This document shows, piece by piece, positions 19,191-29,027 of a stretch of 64,000 nucleotides of DNA. The DNA comes from Candidatus Poribacteria bacterium (lineage in GTDB: Bacteria > Poribacteria > WGA-4E > WGA-3G). How positions within the stretch are numbered: position 1 is the first letter of the stretch; each line of letters starts with the position of its first letter. The stretch spans positions 8,575 through 72,574 of the forward strand of contig JAJEEK010000073.1 of the NCBI GenBank assembly GCA_022821065.1, given 5' to 3'. The notes under the pieces were generated by a model that did not search any database, was not told the DNA's origin, and was given only the letters and a program-made list of their open reading frames with translations. The position numbers were made by a program, and so were the translations under genes.

Positions 19191-20978
19191 ATGCGTGAAC
19201 CCAATCAACCCGAAGACTATTTACAACGCCTACGCCATTCGACCGCGCATATCATGGCGTATGCCGTCCAACAACTCTTTCCAGATGGCGAACGTACCGT
19301 TAAACTCGCGATCGGACCCCCGATCGAAAACGAGTTCTATTACGATATGGAGGTACCGCGCCCGATTACACCCGACGATTTTCCTGAAATCGAAAAGCAC
19401 ATGAAGGCGATGATTAAAGCGAATGTGCCTTTTCAACAGGAGACTTGGCGTTACGACGATGCCCGTGAATGGTTCAGCGAACGCGACCAGAAATTCAAAC
19501 TCGAATTAATCGATGGCATCTCCGATCGCGAAGTCAGCGCAAGCGATGAAGGCGTCGCTGACGAAGGCGTATCTATCTATCACAACGGCGATTTCACGGA
19601 CCTTTGCAAAGGACCGCACGTCGAAAAAACAAGCGAATGCCGATACTTCAAATTGCTCCGCGTTTCTGGAGCCTATTGGCGCGGCGATAGCAATCGCGAG
19701 CAGTTGCAACGAATTTACGGCACCGCATGGGAGACGAAAGCCGACCTTCAGGCGTACTTGACACAACGCGAGGAAGCCGCCAAACGCGACCATCGGAAAC
19801 TCGGGCGCGAGTTAGAGATTTTTCAGATGCATCCCGAATCGCCAGGGAGTCCGTTTTGGCTCCCGAAAGGCGCGCGCATCTATAACCTCTTGTCCGAAAA
19901 AGTACGAAAACTCTATCTCAGCGAAGGGTATCAAGAGGTACGGACACCGCTCATCTACGATAGTAGTCTTTGGGAAACCTCGGGGCATTGGGAGCATTTT
20001 AAGGACGATATGTTCATCATTGAAAACGAAGACGGCGAAACGGCAAGTGCACTCAAGCCGATGAACTGTCCCGCACACATGCTGATTTACAAAAGCGCGC
20101 GCCATAGCTACCGAGACCTGCCCTACCGTCTGCATGACCAAGGCGTGTTGCATCGCAACGAACCGACGGGTACGCTAACCGGTTTGTCCCGTGTCCGCCA
20201 GTTGTGCCAAGATGACGCACACAACTTCGTCACGGAAGACCAAATCGCGGATGAATACGAGCGTATCCTTGAACTCTTCCAACGCATTTACGGCACTTTC
20301 GATCTGCCGTTCCGATGCGATTTGAGTACCCGAAATCCGGAGAAGTTTATGGGCGATGTAGAGGTCTGGAATCGCGCAGAAGTAATACTTGAGGATGTGT
20401 TGAAAAACAATCAGATTGAGTATAGTGTTGATCCCGGCGAAGCGGCGTTCTACGGTCCTAAACTCGATTTTCAGGTGCGAGATTCGCTTAACCGGGACGT
20501 ACAATGTGCCACCGTGCAACTCGATTTTCAACTCCCGGAACGGTTCGATCTCATCTACGTCGCATCCGACGGGTCCGAAAAGCGACCAGTCGTGATCCAC
20601 CGCGCGATTTGTGGGAGTTTTGAACGGTTCATCGCAATGCTCATTGAGCATTATGCCGGTGCCTTCCCAACATGGCTCTCTCCGGTGCAATGTGTCGTCA
20701 TGACGATTAGCCAACGTTTCGTTGACTACGGTAGAGAGGTCGAACAACTTCTGTTGCAAAAAGGGTGTCGTGTTACGTTAGATAACAGCGATGACAAGAT
20801 CGGTGCAAAGATTCGCCAAGCCCGATTGCAACGTGTTCCCTATATGTTAATTATTGGTGGACGTGAGGAGGAGAACCGCACCGTCAGTGTCCGAAGTCGA
20901 GATGAAGGCGACATCGGCGCGATGGCACTTGATACCTTCGTCGACAAACTTGTCGCGGAAGCAGACTTGGATTTTTAA
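19191..20978 (+). CDS. thrS: Threonine--tRNA ligase
   Basis: LRHSTAH, DLCKGPH, KRDHRKLG, KPMNCP, QDDAH, AFYGPKLD, VIHRAI.GSFERF. Confidence 0.97.
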   Translation: MREPNQPEDYLQRLRHSTAHIMAYAVQQLFPDGERTVKLAIGPPIENEFYYDMEVPRPITPDDFPEIEKHMKAMIKANVPFQQETWRYDDAREWFSERDQKFKLELIDGISDREVSASDEGVADEGVSIYHNGDFTDLCKGPHVEKTSECRYFKLLRVSGAYWRGDSNREQLQRIYGTAWETKADLQAYLTQREEAAKRDHRKLGRELEIFQMHPESPGSPFWLPKGARIYNLLSEKVRKLYLSEGYQEVRTPLIYDSSLWETSGHWEHFKDDMFIIENEDGETASALKPMNCPAHMLIYKSARHSYRDLPYRLHDQGVLHRNEPTGTLTGLSRVRQLCQDDAHNFVTEDQIADEYERILELFQRIYGTFDLPFRCDLSTRNPEKFMGDVEVWNRAEVILEDVLKNNQIEYSVDPGEAAFYGPKLDFQVRDSLNRDVQCATVQLDFQLPERFDLIYVASDGSEKRPVVIHRAICGSFERFIAMLIEHYAGAFPTWLSPVQCVVMTISQRFVDYGREVEQLLLQKGCRVTLDNSDDKIGAKIRQARLQRVPYMLIIGGREEENRTVSVRSRDEGDIGAMALDTFVDKLVAEADLDF

Positions 20979-20982
20979 TTTG

Positions 20983-21092
20983 CAATCAACAATCAGCAGT
21001 CGGCGATCAGAAAGAGAACCTTGTGGGGGTTATCGTAAACATGCCTACCATATTGTGCTCTACTGACAGCCGAAGGCTGATGGCTGACAGCC
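20983..21092. repeat. Inverted heptamer-array repeat (family E)
   Basis: TCAGCAG-type units facing CTGA(C/T)(A/G)G-type units. Confidence 0.6.
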
Positions 21093-21115
21093 ATTCGTAA
21101 AAAGGAGCAGACCCC

Positions 21116-21751
21116 ATGGACAAAATTTTGACGGTTCCTAAACCTATCTTGTATAGATTGACAATTTATATCTTTCTCGTCGGAATAATAGCTTTTAGCG
21201 GTTGCAGTGCTTCAAAGCAGGTCACCCGTGTCGATACCGACACCACAATTGACCTGTCCGGACGCTGGAACGATACAGATTCGCGTATGGTGGCAGACGA
21301 GATTATCGGTGATTGTCTGAACCACCCCTGGATCAACAATCACGGGATAAGTACCGGTGATAAACCTGCTGTAATTGTCGGCGGCATCCGCAATAAAAGC
21401 ATGGAGCATATCGCTGTCGCTACATTCATCTCTGATATTGAACGTGCCTTTATCAATTCTGGGAAAGTTCGGACCGTCGCGAGTTCAAGTGAACGTGGCG
21501 AAATTCGTGAAGAGCGAGCGGATCAGGGCGAATTTGCTTCACTTGAAACCGTTAAACGGATGGGCCGCGAACTCGGTGCCGATTATATGATGACCGGTGA
21601 AATAAATACCATTGAAGACAGAGAGGGCGGCGATCAGGTCGTCTTCTATCAAACCGACCTTACACTGACAAACATCGAAACCAACGAGAAAGTTTGGATC
21701 GGTCAGAAAAAAATCAAGAAATTTATCGGACGAAGCAAATTTAAAATGTAG
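21116..21751 (+). CDS. lpoB: Penicillin-binding protein activator LpoB-like lipoprotein
   Basis: FSGC lipobox; DLSGRWNDTD, IRNKSMEHI, GADYM, EKVWIGQKKIKK. Confidence 0.8.
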   Translation: MDKILTVPKPILYRLTIYIFLVGIIAFSGCSASKQVTRVDTDTTIDLSGRWNDTDSRMVADEIIGDCLNHPWINNHGISTGDKPAVIVGGIRNKSMEHIAVATFISDIERAFINSGKVRTVASSSERGEIREERADQGEFASLETVKRMGRELGADYMMTGEINTIEDREGGDQVVFYQTDLTLTNIETNEKVWIGQKKIKKFIGRSKFKM

Positions 21752-21825
21752 AATATTCTCAACGCGTCTGTTTGGACGGGTCTCCGTGCCCGTCCACGCC
21801 TATTTTTTCAAATCTACGGAGGCAA

Positions 21826-23166
21826 ATGATCAAAACACTCCCTTTTCTGCTTATTATCTCTCTGATGATAGGGTGTGCTGGCTATAAGTTTCAAGAAGTC
21901 AGCAAAGCACTGGAAGCGGGCAAACCAGAGGATGCTTACACCTATCTTCAGAAACGCTCACCGAAAAACGCGGATATTCCTCACCAATTTGAATTAGGGT
22001 TGGCTGCCCATTACGCTAACCGATTTCCTGAAAGCAGCAAGGCTTTTGACTTAGCTGGAGATATTGCAGAGGACCGCTATACCAAGAGTGTTTCAAAAGA
22101 GTTAGGTTCACTTGTCACCACAGACAAATTACGTCCTTATTCCGGTACCCAGTACGAACGACTTTTAATCCATTATTACCGCGCACTCAACTACCTCTAC
22201 TTAAATCAATTAGATGGGGCATTGGTAGAAGGTCGACGTGCTACGGCTTTAATTAACTACTTCAAAGGTGAAGACGAGCAGTACGATTTCTTCGGAGCCG
22301 CATTCTTGGCACATTTTTCAGGTATGTTATTTGAAGCCGCGGGCGAGTGGAACAATGCGTTGATCTCTTACAAACAGGCAGCCGAATACTATAAAAATGC
22401 TGCAGAGAAAACGGGTGTGAACACACCAGAGGATATTGCACACGCACTCCTCCGATTAACACGTAGACTCGGTTTTACCGATGAGTTTGAACGTTACCGA
22501 AACCAGTATGGCGAACTACCTGAACACCCCGAAAACTATGGCGAACTGATCCTCTTCTACGAAAGCGGCTACGTTCCACCGAAGACGGAAACGGCTTTGA
22601 TGTTCCCTATCCTTAAAACAGACAAGGTGAACGATGCTGAAAAATTCGTACCGACACTGATAACACGCGAGGGAGCCGTCTATGAAGAGGTGAAGTTGGA
22701 ATATCTTCTACGCGTTGCGATGCCAACGATTGATTCTCACCGTCCCCGTTTTTCAGGGATCCGTGTAGCAGTAGACAGCAATCAAGAGACCCGTGGTGTG
22801 CTTGTCGAAGATGTAGAAAACATCGCGATTGAAACCTTTAATAAAGAACGTCCTATCATCCTTTTCCGAACGTTACTGCGTGGTGTGGGAAAATACCTGC
22901 TTTTCCGACAGGCAAAAAAGAAAAACGAAGCTTTAGGCATCCTTACAAATCTTGCCAGTGTTGTGTCAGAACAGGCAGACACGCGTTCTTGGCAAACGCT
23001 ACCGAATCAGATTTTTATGGTACGGATGCCGCTCCCCGCAGGTACACATAAACTCAAATACTCTTTCTTAAATACAAACGGGCAGGTTCACCGAAGTGTC
23101 CCTGGTCCAGAAATTGAAATTTACCCGAATCAGATAACTTTTCTCAATCATCGTACCTACGATTGA
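21826..23166 (+). CDS. COG3014-family TPR lipoprotein
   Basis: MIGC lipobox; YERLLIHYY..LNY, ADTRSWQTLP; usual neighbour of lpoB. Confidence 0.75.
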   Translation: MIKTLPFLLIISLMIGCAGYKFQEVSKALEAGKPEDAYTYLQKRSPKNADIPHQFELGLAAHYANRFPESSKAFDLAGDIAEDRYTKSVSKELGSLVTTDKLRPYSGTQYERLLIHYYRALNYLYLNQLDGALVEGRRATALINYFKGEDEQYDFFGAAFLAHFSGMLFEAAGEWNNALISYKQAAEYYKNAAEKTGVNTPEDIAHALLRLTRRLGFTDEFERYRNQYGELPEHPENYGELILFYESGYVPPKTETALMFPILKTDKVNDAEKFVPTLITREGAVYEEVKLEYLLRVAMPTIDSHRPRFSGIRVAVDSNQETRGVLVEDVENIAIETFNKERPIILFRTLLRGVGKYLLFRQAKKKNEALGILTNLASVVSEQADTRSWQTLPNQIFMVRMPLPAGTHKLKYSFLNTNGQVHRSVPGPEIEIYPNQITFLNHRTYD

Positions 23167-23194
23167 ACTTTACCTTGCAACATAGAGAAAGAAC

Positions 23195-24355
23195 ATGGAA
23201 CGTATCTATTTAGATTACAACGCTACAACACCACTCCGGACCGAAGTCCGAGATGCCATGATGCCGTATCTCACCGAGGCATTCGGTAACGGCTCCAGTA
23301 TCCACGCTTACGGACGCGAGGCACGCACTGCGATCGACAGTGCCCGTGAACAGGTCGCCGAACTCATCGGTGCCAAGAGTCCGAGCGAGATTGTCTTCAC
23401 AGGAAGCGGCACCGAATCGGACAATCACGCTATCAAAGGGCTGACCGAACTGCAAAAGAGCCGAGGTAAGGGCAACCATATCATCACCTCGTCTGTGGAG
23501 CATCACGCCGTCTTGCATACCTGCCACTATCTGGAGCAACGCGGTTTCGAGATAACCTATCTTCCTGTGGATAGGTACGGACGGATTAGCGTTGAACAAC
23601 TCCGTGATGCGATCCGTGAGACGACGGGGTTAATCTCCATCATGCACGTCAACAACGAGAACGGCACGATCCAACCGCTTCAGGAGATCTCTCAGATCGC
23701 ACAAGAACACGAGATCCCTTTCCATACCGATGCCGTGCAGTCAATCGGCAAATTAGAGATGAACGTTCAGGAACTCGGCGTGAACCTGCTCTCACTCTCC
23801 GGACACAAAATTTATGCCCCGAAAGGTATCGGTGTCCTCTATATCCGCCGCGGGACGCGATTGGCAAATCTCGTTCACGGGGGCGCACACGAGCGCAACC
23901 GTCGCGCTGGATCCGAAAATGTTCCAGCGATTGTCGGACTCGGTGTTGCTGCCGAACTTGCGAAACAGGAGCAGGACGTTTATGCCCAACATCTCAATGC
24001 TTTGACGTGCCGGTTACGCGAAGGCTTGGATACACATATTGATCGGCTACACTACAACGGACATCCCGAACACTGTGCCCCCGGGACCCTTAACGTCTCC
24101 TTTGAGAATGTCGAGGGCGAAAGTCTCATCTTACGTTTGGATATGGAGGGTATCTGTGTCTCGACCGGTTCTGCGTGTACCTCTGGTTCTATGGAGCCGT
24201 CGCATGTGCTCGCAGCCCTCGGTCTACCACCACGCTTGGCACAAGGCACCGTCCGTTTCTCCTTGGGTCGGAACATAACCGAAGCAGAGATTGATGCAGT
24301 AATCGCCAAGTTACCGAAAATCATCCAACAGATGCGGGCCCTGTATAGAGGTTAA
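23195..24355 (+). CDS. Cysteine desulfurase (IscS/NifS family)
   Basis: IYLDYNATTP, HTDAVQ, SGHKIY.PKGIG, STGSACTSG. Confidence 0.95.
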   Translation: MERIYLDYNATTPLRTEVRDAMMPYLTEAFGNGSSIHAYGREARTAIDSAREQVAELIGAKSPSEIVFTGSGTESDNHAIKGLTELQKSRGKGNHIITSSVEHHAVLHTCHYLEQRGFEITYLPVDRYGRISVEQLRDAIRETTGLISIMHVNNENGTIQPLQEISQIAQEHEIPFHTDAVQSIGKLEMNVQELGVNLLSLSGHKIYAPKGIGVLYIRRGTRLANLVHGGAHERNRRAGSENVPAIVGLGVAAELAKQEQDVYAQHLNALTCRLREGLDTHIDRLHYNGHPEHCAPGTLNVSFENVEGESLILRLDMEGICVSTGSACTSGSMEPSHVLAALGLPPRLAQGTVRFSLGRNITEAEIDAVIAKLPKIIQQMRALYRG

Positions 24356-24595
24356 GACTTTAATGCTTGAAAAACTAAACCACGAGATTGAGATTGTCGT
24401 TCACCAAAGATCTGCTGATACCCTACCTACAAAACCCCATATCTCAACTTCTGCTGGCAACCTACAAAGGGATTCCGTTACTGGTACTTAATGTAGGAAC
24501 GCCGAAAATAGCCCGTTTTTGTGCAGCTTAAAGCGGATATTGTCCCTTTCCGGGCAGTTAATCCGTATATTACCTGCAAATTCAACGTTTTAGCG

Positions 24596-24612
24596 TTGGC
24601 ACGGAATTTGCT
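24596..24612 (+). promoter_or_regulatory. sigma54 (-24/-12) promoter
   Basis: TTGGCACGGAATTTGCT, exact GG-N10-GC consensus, 40 bp before 24652. Confidence 0.85.
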
Positions 24613-24651
24613 GCTACCTCCACAATAGTTATTTTTGGGAGGTAATGAAAA

Positions 24652-26115
24652 ATGGGTGGAAAAAGAACTTCAAGTGCTCTTATAGTTTCCGTACTACTTC
24701 ACCTTGTTGTGGTGTTCGTTACGGGTATCTATCTAATTACACAAACACCAAAATTCCAAGAATTCATAGGTGTCGAAGTGCTCCAACACAAAGTACCACC
24801 GGGACCTAAGGTACGGAAATCTATTACGAAACGGAAGCTTCCGGTGAGAAATACTGTTGCCCAACAGATTCAGTTGCCACCTCGTGTAACGGCTGTATTT
24901 CTTGACAAGCTCGTTTTCCAACAGCGAACGGTGCTTGAAATTCCAAAACAGACTATTAAGGTCAATCCACCAATTGACCCAAATCTGCTGAGAATCGTAA
25001 CAGAGAAGCAGCTCGTCCCTACAATCCTAACAGAGACAAATTTAATGGTATCGGATGCTCCGGATGCCTTGGCATTCTCGGCACCTGTGGTAACTGTCCC
25101 TTCTGTTAGACTGGCGAACACCTATCGCGGGGTCGCTGGTACCGCCGTGCAGGTGAAGGTCGCTTTTGAACGTCCGCCTGGACTTACAATGGTAGAAAAC
25201 GTCGGTGCCGCGCGTGACGCACTCAGCGATGTTGTTGAAAACATTGTCCTCGGTAATAACGAAGTACTGCCACTGCCAAAAGGCGACCCTGGTGGACGCG
25301 TTATCGGTAGAGGTAAGGACATTCGCGGTGTTCTCCGTTTCACACGGATCCGGCACAGTCTCTCTGACTGGTGGGCGGATGCATCTTCGCTCAACGCATT
25401 AACGATTTGGCTCAATGAGCGCACGAAAATCAAAACCGATATGAACGTTGAAGGCGGCGCAGTGAAACTCACCGATGCAAACCTCCTCAATACACCACTC
25501 GTCTTCATGACAGGACACGATCCAGCCTTTGTTCGGAACCGTAATCTTGTCGGAAAAGGATATAGTGGTGGTAGAATGGACAGTCGTTTCAATGAAGCAG
25601 AAGCAGCAGGACTGCGTCGCTACCTCGTTGAAAAAGGTGGGTTTCTGGTCTTTGACGACTGCGGCGTGAACGCACCCACACAGGCGATGGCGCGTCTCTT
25701 CCTCGCACAGATGCGTTACGTCATGCCTGAGTACCAAGTTGAGCGGATTTCCAACAACCACGAAGTTTATAATAACTTCTATCGAATGGGGGGACCGCCT
25801 ATCGGTTTTGATATCTTCTGGTGGGGCACACGTCCACCGAAACGGAATTACCTTGAAGGTGTTTCTGTTGGCAACAGGTTATCGGTTATTGTTGTCCGTC
25901 GCGACTATATGTGCGCGATGGAGACAGTGAGTATCCCAACACGCAGTGTGCACTATTCCCCCGGTGTCTATCGTTTCATGACGAATGTTGTCGTGTACGC
26001 GTTGACGCACGGTCAAATCTCTGATTACTCCGACTATATCCCCGAACACATCTTAGCCAAAAAGGAACTCCCGACGCGCCCACCTCACATCGCAGATATT
26101 GCCGATTTTAAATAA
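24652..26115 (+). CDS. DUF4159 domain protein with N-terminal membrane anchor
   Basis: SVLLHL anchor; PLVFMTGHD, LRRYLVEKGGFLVFDDCG, NVVVYALTH. Confidence 0.75.
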   Translation: MGGKRTSSALIVSVLLHLVVVFVTGIYLITQTPKFQEFIGVEVLQHKVPPGPKVRKSITKRKLPVRNTVAQQIQLPPRVTAVFLDKLVFQQRTVLEIPKQTIKVNPPIDPNLLRIVTEKQLVPTILTETNLMVSDAPDALAFSAPVVTVPSVRLANTYRGVAGTAVQVKVAFERPPGLTMVENVGAARDALSDVVENIVLGNNEVLPLPKGDPGGRVIGRGKDIRGVLRFTRIRHSLSDWWADASSLNALTIWLNERTKIKTDMNVEGGAVKLTDANLLNTPLVFMTGHDPAFVRNRNLVGKGYSGGRMDSRFNEAEAAGLRRYLVEKGGFLVFDDCGVNAPTQAMARLFLAQMRYVMPEYQVERISNNHEVYNNFYRMGGPPIGFDIFWWGTRPPKRNYLEGVSVGNRLSVIVVRRDYMCAMETVSIPTRSVHYSPGVYRFMTNVVVYALTHGQISDYSDYIPEHILAKKELPTRPPHIADIADFK

Positions 26116-26228
26116 GGTTTAGCCGCTGTTCACTCAGGGCTAATTATACTATAGTTTGGACAATTTTCAGACATAGCACTCCGAAAACCGCGCTTACAAG
26201 CCTGCTGGCAAACGCCGTTTTTTTCTTA

Positions 26229-26256
26229 TTGACAAAAAAAGCAGATTAGATAAAAT
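26229..26256 (+). promoter_or_regulatory. sigma70 promoter
   Basis: TTGACA-16-TAAAAT. Confidence 0.6.
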
Positions 26257-26294
26257 AAGGTGCATATTTTCGGAATATACAACACCGCTTATTA

Positions 26295-26425
26295 GATCTG
26301 CTGACGAGGTTTCCGAACCGCGTTTACCATTCATATCAGAAATCCAACAGGTCCCTAAACCCGTCGCGAATTGACCAGAAACCCGCCCGTAATGAAATGG
26401 AGGGGTTTTTGATTGGGCGTTTCTG
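26295..26425 (+). promoter_or_regulatory. Candidate attenuator/riboswitch leader with intrinsic terminator
   Basis: Alternative stems GACGAGGTTT/AAACCCGTC, AAACCCGCCC/GGAGGGGTTTTT and CAGAAACCCGCCC/GGGCGTTTCTG. Confidence 0.45.
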
Positions 26426-26451
26426 CAGCCCAGGAGGCCATAAATTAAAAA

Positions 26452-27528
26452 ATGGAAAAGACGCATCTACTTCAGGCACCCCACCTACACGCTATCGCAC
26501 GAAACATATTTGTCGCCGCAGGTACAACACGGCACATCGCCGAGGATGTCGCCGAGATACTTGTCAACGCCCATCTCGCCGGACACGATTCACACGGACT
26601 CCTGCGCGTTCCAGCCTATTTGCGCGGGATCGATGCCGGACATCTGAAACCCGCTGCGGAACCCAAAGTCCTCGCAGAGACACCGAATACCTTGCGCATT
26701 GATGCACAACACGGCTTTGGACACTACGTCTCACGTTGGTCAATCCATAGAGCCATCGAGAAGGCGAAATCCGCTGCTTCCTGCAGTGTCAGCATCAGTA
26801 ACATTGGACATATCGGACGGTTAGGCGAATATGCAGAAGCCACAGCGAGAGCCGGATGTATAGGACTTATTACTGTCGGGGTCGGCGGCAAAGGCGCAGG
26901 ACCGACAGTGCCTTATGGCGGTTCGCAAGGCACTTTCAGCACCAATCCCATCGCATTGGGCGTGCCAACTGGCGATGACAGTCCATTTATCGTTGACTAC
27001 GCCACAAGTGTCATCGCGGAAGGGAAGATACAGGTCGCGCGGAGTAAAGGGATAGATTTACCGGAGGGTTGCATCCTTGATAAAAATGGGCAGCCAAGCA
27101 TCAAACCTGCCGATTTCTACGATGGCGGCGCGCTCCTCGCGTTCGGAAAACATAAAGGTTATGCACTCGCGATGTTCACGTGTCTCCTCGGCGGGTTGGC
27201 AGGAACTTATGACGTGGAAAGCGGGAGAATGAACGGCACCTTCATGCAAGCAATTGATGTCAGTGCCTTCACACCCCTTGAAGAATACCAGAAAGGCGTT
27301 CGCGCCTTCTTAGACGGCATTAAATCAACACCACCCGCACAAGGTTTCGATGAGGTATTGGTCCCTGGTGATTTTGAGTCCCGTTCCCGCGAGCAACGTT
27401 TAAAAGACGGTGTTGAGATACCTGATACGATCTACAATCAATTACAAGAGTGTGCAGATAAACTCGGCATATCCATCGGTGAAGACACCGTTGAAGATGA
27501 TGACAAAGCACACTACGGTCCTATTTAA
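26452..27528 (+). CDS. Ldh_2 family oxidoreductase
   Basis: GHDSHG, GHIGRLGEY, TNPI, KHKGYAL, VPGDFE. Confidence 0.9.
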   Translation: MEKTHLLQAPHLHAIARNIFVAAGTTRHIAEDVAEILVNAHLAGHDSHGLLRVPAYLRGIDAGHLKPAAEPKVLAETPNTLRIDAQHGFGHYVSRWSIHRAIEKAKSAASCSVSISNIGHIGRLGEYAEATARAGCIGLITVGVGGKGAGPTVPYGGSQGTFSTNPIALGVPTGDDSPFIVDYATSVIAEGKIQVARSKGIDLPEGCILDKNGQPSIKPADFYDGGALLAFGKHKGYALAMFTCLLGGLAGTYDVESGRMNGTFMQAIDVSAFTPLEEYQKGVRAFLDGIKSTPPAQGFDEVLVPGDFESRSREQRLKDGVEIPDTIYNQLQECADKLGISIGEDTVEDDDKAHYGPI

Positions 27529-27530
27529 AT

Positions 27531-27650
27531 AGGACTTACGCATGCTGCTCTTTATGTACCACAATCTGTTAGATTGTGGTTCAAAAACGCTGGATTGGAC
27601 GAAAAATTTTATCTAACAGAGCGATTTACACCCAAAAGTGCGTAAGTCCT
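27531..27650. mobile_element. Family A 120-bp MITE
   Basis: Perfect TIR AGGACTTACGCA/TGCGTAAGTCCT; near-identical to the 53611 copy. Confidence 0.88.
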
Positions 27651-27692
27651 GTTAAAAACCGTGTTATAGGAACAGAATAGGAGAAAGCCATC

Positions 27693-28727
27693 GTGAGGCA
27701 TATATTTAAAGCTGCAGACCTCCAGAAATTCACAAACGATCTCTTTGTCGCCGCAGGTACGCCAAAACACATCGCGGATACCGTTGCCGAGATCTTGATA
27801 AAAGCCAACCTCGCTGGACACGATTCACACGGCGTACTTCGGATTCCGTCTTACCTTGAAGGCATCGAAAACGGCGGCATCCAACCCGCTGCTGAACCGA
27901 ATGTGCTTCGTGAAACGGAAAACACGCTTCATATTGATGGCGAAAAAGGTTTCGGACACCATACGGCGCGTTACGCAATCCGCCGCGCAATCGAGAAAGC
28001 GAAAAACGAACGCACCTGCTTCGCAACACTTGTTCGGACAGGACACATCGGTAGGCTCGGTGAATACGGTCAGGAAGCCGCTGAATCTGGATGTATCGGA
28101 ATTATCACAGTCGGTGGCGGTTCAAAGGGCGGTGGACGGATTCTCCCGTTTGGCGGTGCCCTTGGCGCACTCGGTACGAACCCGATTTCTATCGGTATCC
28201 CGACGGGTGATCATAGACCCTTCCTGATTGATTTCGCAACGAGTATGATCGCAAACGGCAAAACCTACGTCGCTACCAGCGAAAATCGAGATCTGCCTGA
28301 AGGGTGCGTCGTGGATAAACACGGGAACCCGACCGTCAAAACCGCCGAATATAACGATGGTGGTAACCTATTGGCATTCGGCAGACACAAGGGCTACGCG
28401 CTGTCTCTCTATGTGGCACTGATTGGCGGATTGGCGGGGACGTTTAATATTGAAACCGGACAGATGAGCGGACTCCATATCCAAGTGATAGATGTCAACG
28501 CCTTTACACCGCTTGAAGAATACCAGAAAGGCGTTCGGGCATTTTTAGATGCTATCAAGGCGACACCGCCGGCACACGGGTTTGATGAAGTGTTAGTTCC
28601 GGGTGATTTTGAAGCCAACTCACGAGCACATCGTCTGGCAAACGGTATCGATATACCGGATACCATCTATCAGCAGCTTTCGGAGTGTGCTGAAAAGTTG
28701 GACGTTCCAATGGCACAAGTCCAATGA
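27693..28727 (+). CDS. Ldh_2 family oxidoreductase (tandem paralog)
   Basis: Same motifs as 26452; shared AFTPLEEYQKGVRAFLD. Confidence 0.9.
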   Translation: MRHIFKAADLQKFTNDLFVAAGTPKHIADTVAEILIKANLAGHDSHGVLRIPSYLEGIENGGIQPAAEPNVLRETENTLHIDGEKGFGHHTARYAIRRAIEKAKNERTCFATLVRTGHIGRLGEYGQEAAESGCIGIITVGGGSKGGGRILPFGGALGALGTNPISIGIPTGDHRPFLIDFATSMIANGKTYVATSENRDLPEGCVVDKHGNPTVKTAEYNDGGNLLAFGRHKGYALSLYVALIGGLAGTFNIETGQMSGLHIQVIDVNAFTPLEEYQKGVRAFLDAIKATPPAHGFDEVLVPGDFEANSRAHRLANGIDIPDTIYQQLSECAEKLDVPMAQVQ

Positions 28728-28765
28728 TTTAACGTGAGTTCGAAAAAAAAAACACAAATGTTGCC

Positions 28766-28995
28766 GTAGGTTGGGTTGAGCCATAAATGCCGAAAAAACA
28801 GCGGATTGATACGAAAAGTGCCGATCTGCGATGAATCACCTGTGTACATAGTGATAGCGAAACCCAACAACCCAAACGCTATAGGTGGAAAAAATAAGTT
28901 GGGTTTCACTCATGTTTGGTAATTTCAGGTTTTTCGATGAACTTGAAAGTTTTCCGTATGCAGCCTCCCTTAAGATTTCGTTCAACCCAACCTAC
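28766..28995. repeat. REPIN-like composite palindrome (family D)
   Basis: GTAGGTTGGGTTGA...TCAACCCAACCTAC ends; inner GAAACCCAAC/GTTGGGTTTC. Confidence 0.8.
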
Positions 28996-29027
28996 GAATT
29001 CCCATGTTAAAACGACTGATTTAGGTG

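Noticed and set aside
26300-26325. CTGACGA followed by a GGTT-TCCG-AACC hairpin, resembling a hammerhead ribozyme core
   Set aside because: The required GAAA after stem II is absent (GCGT instead)
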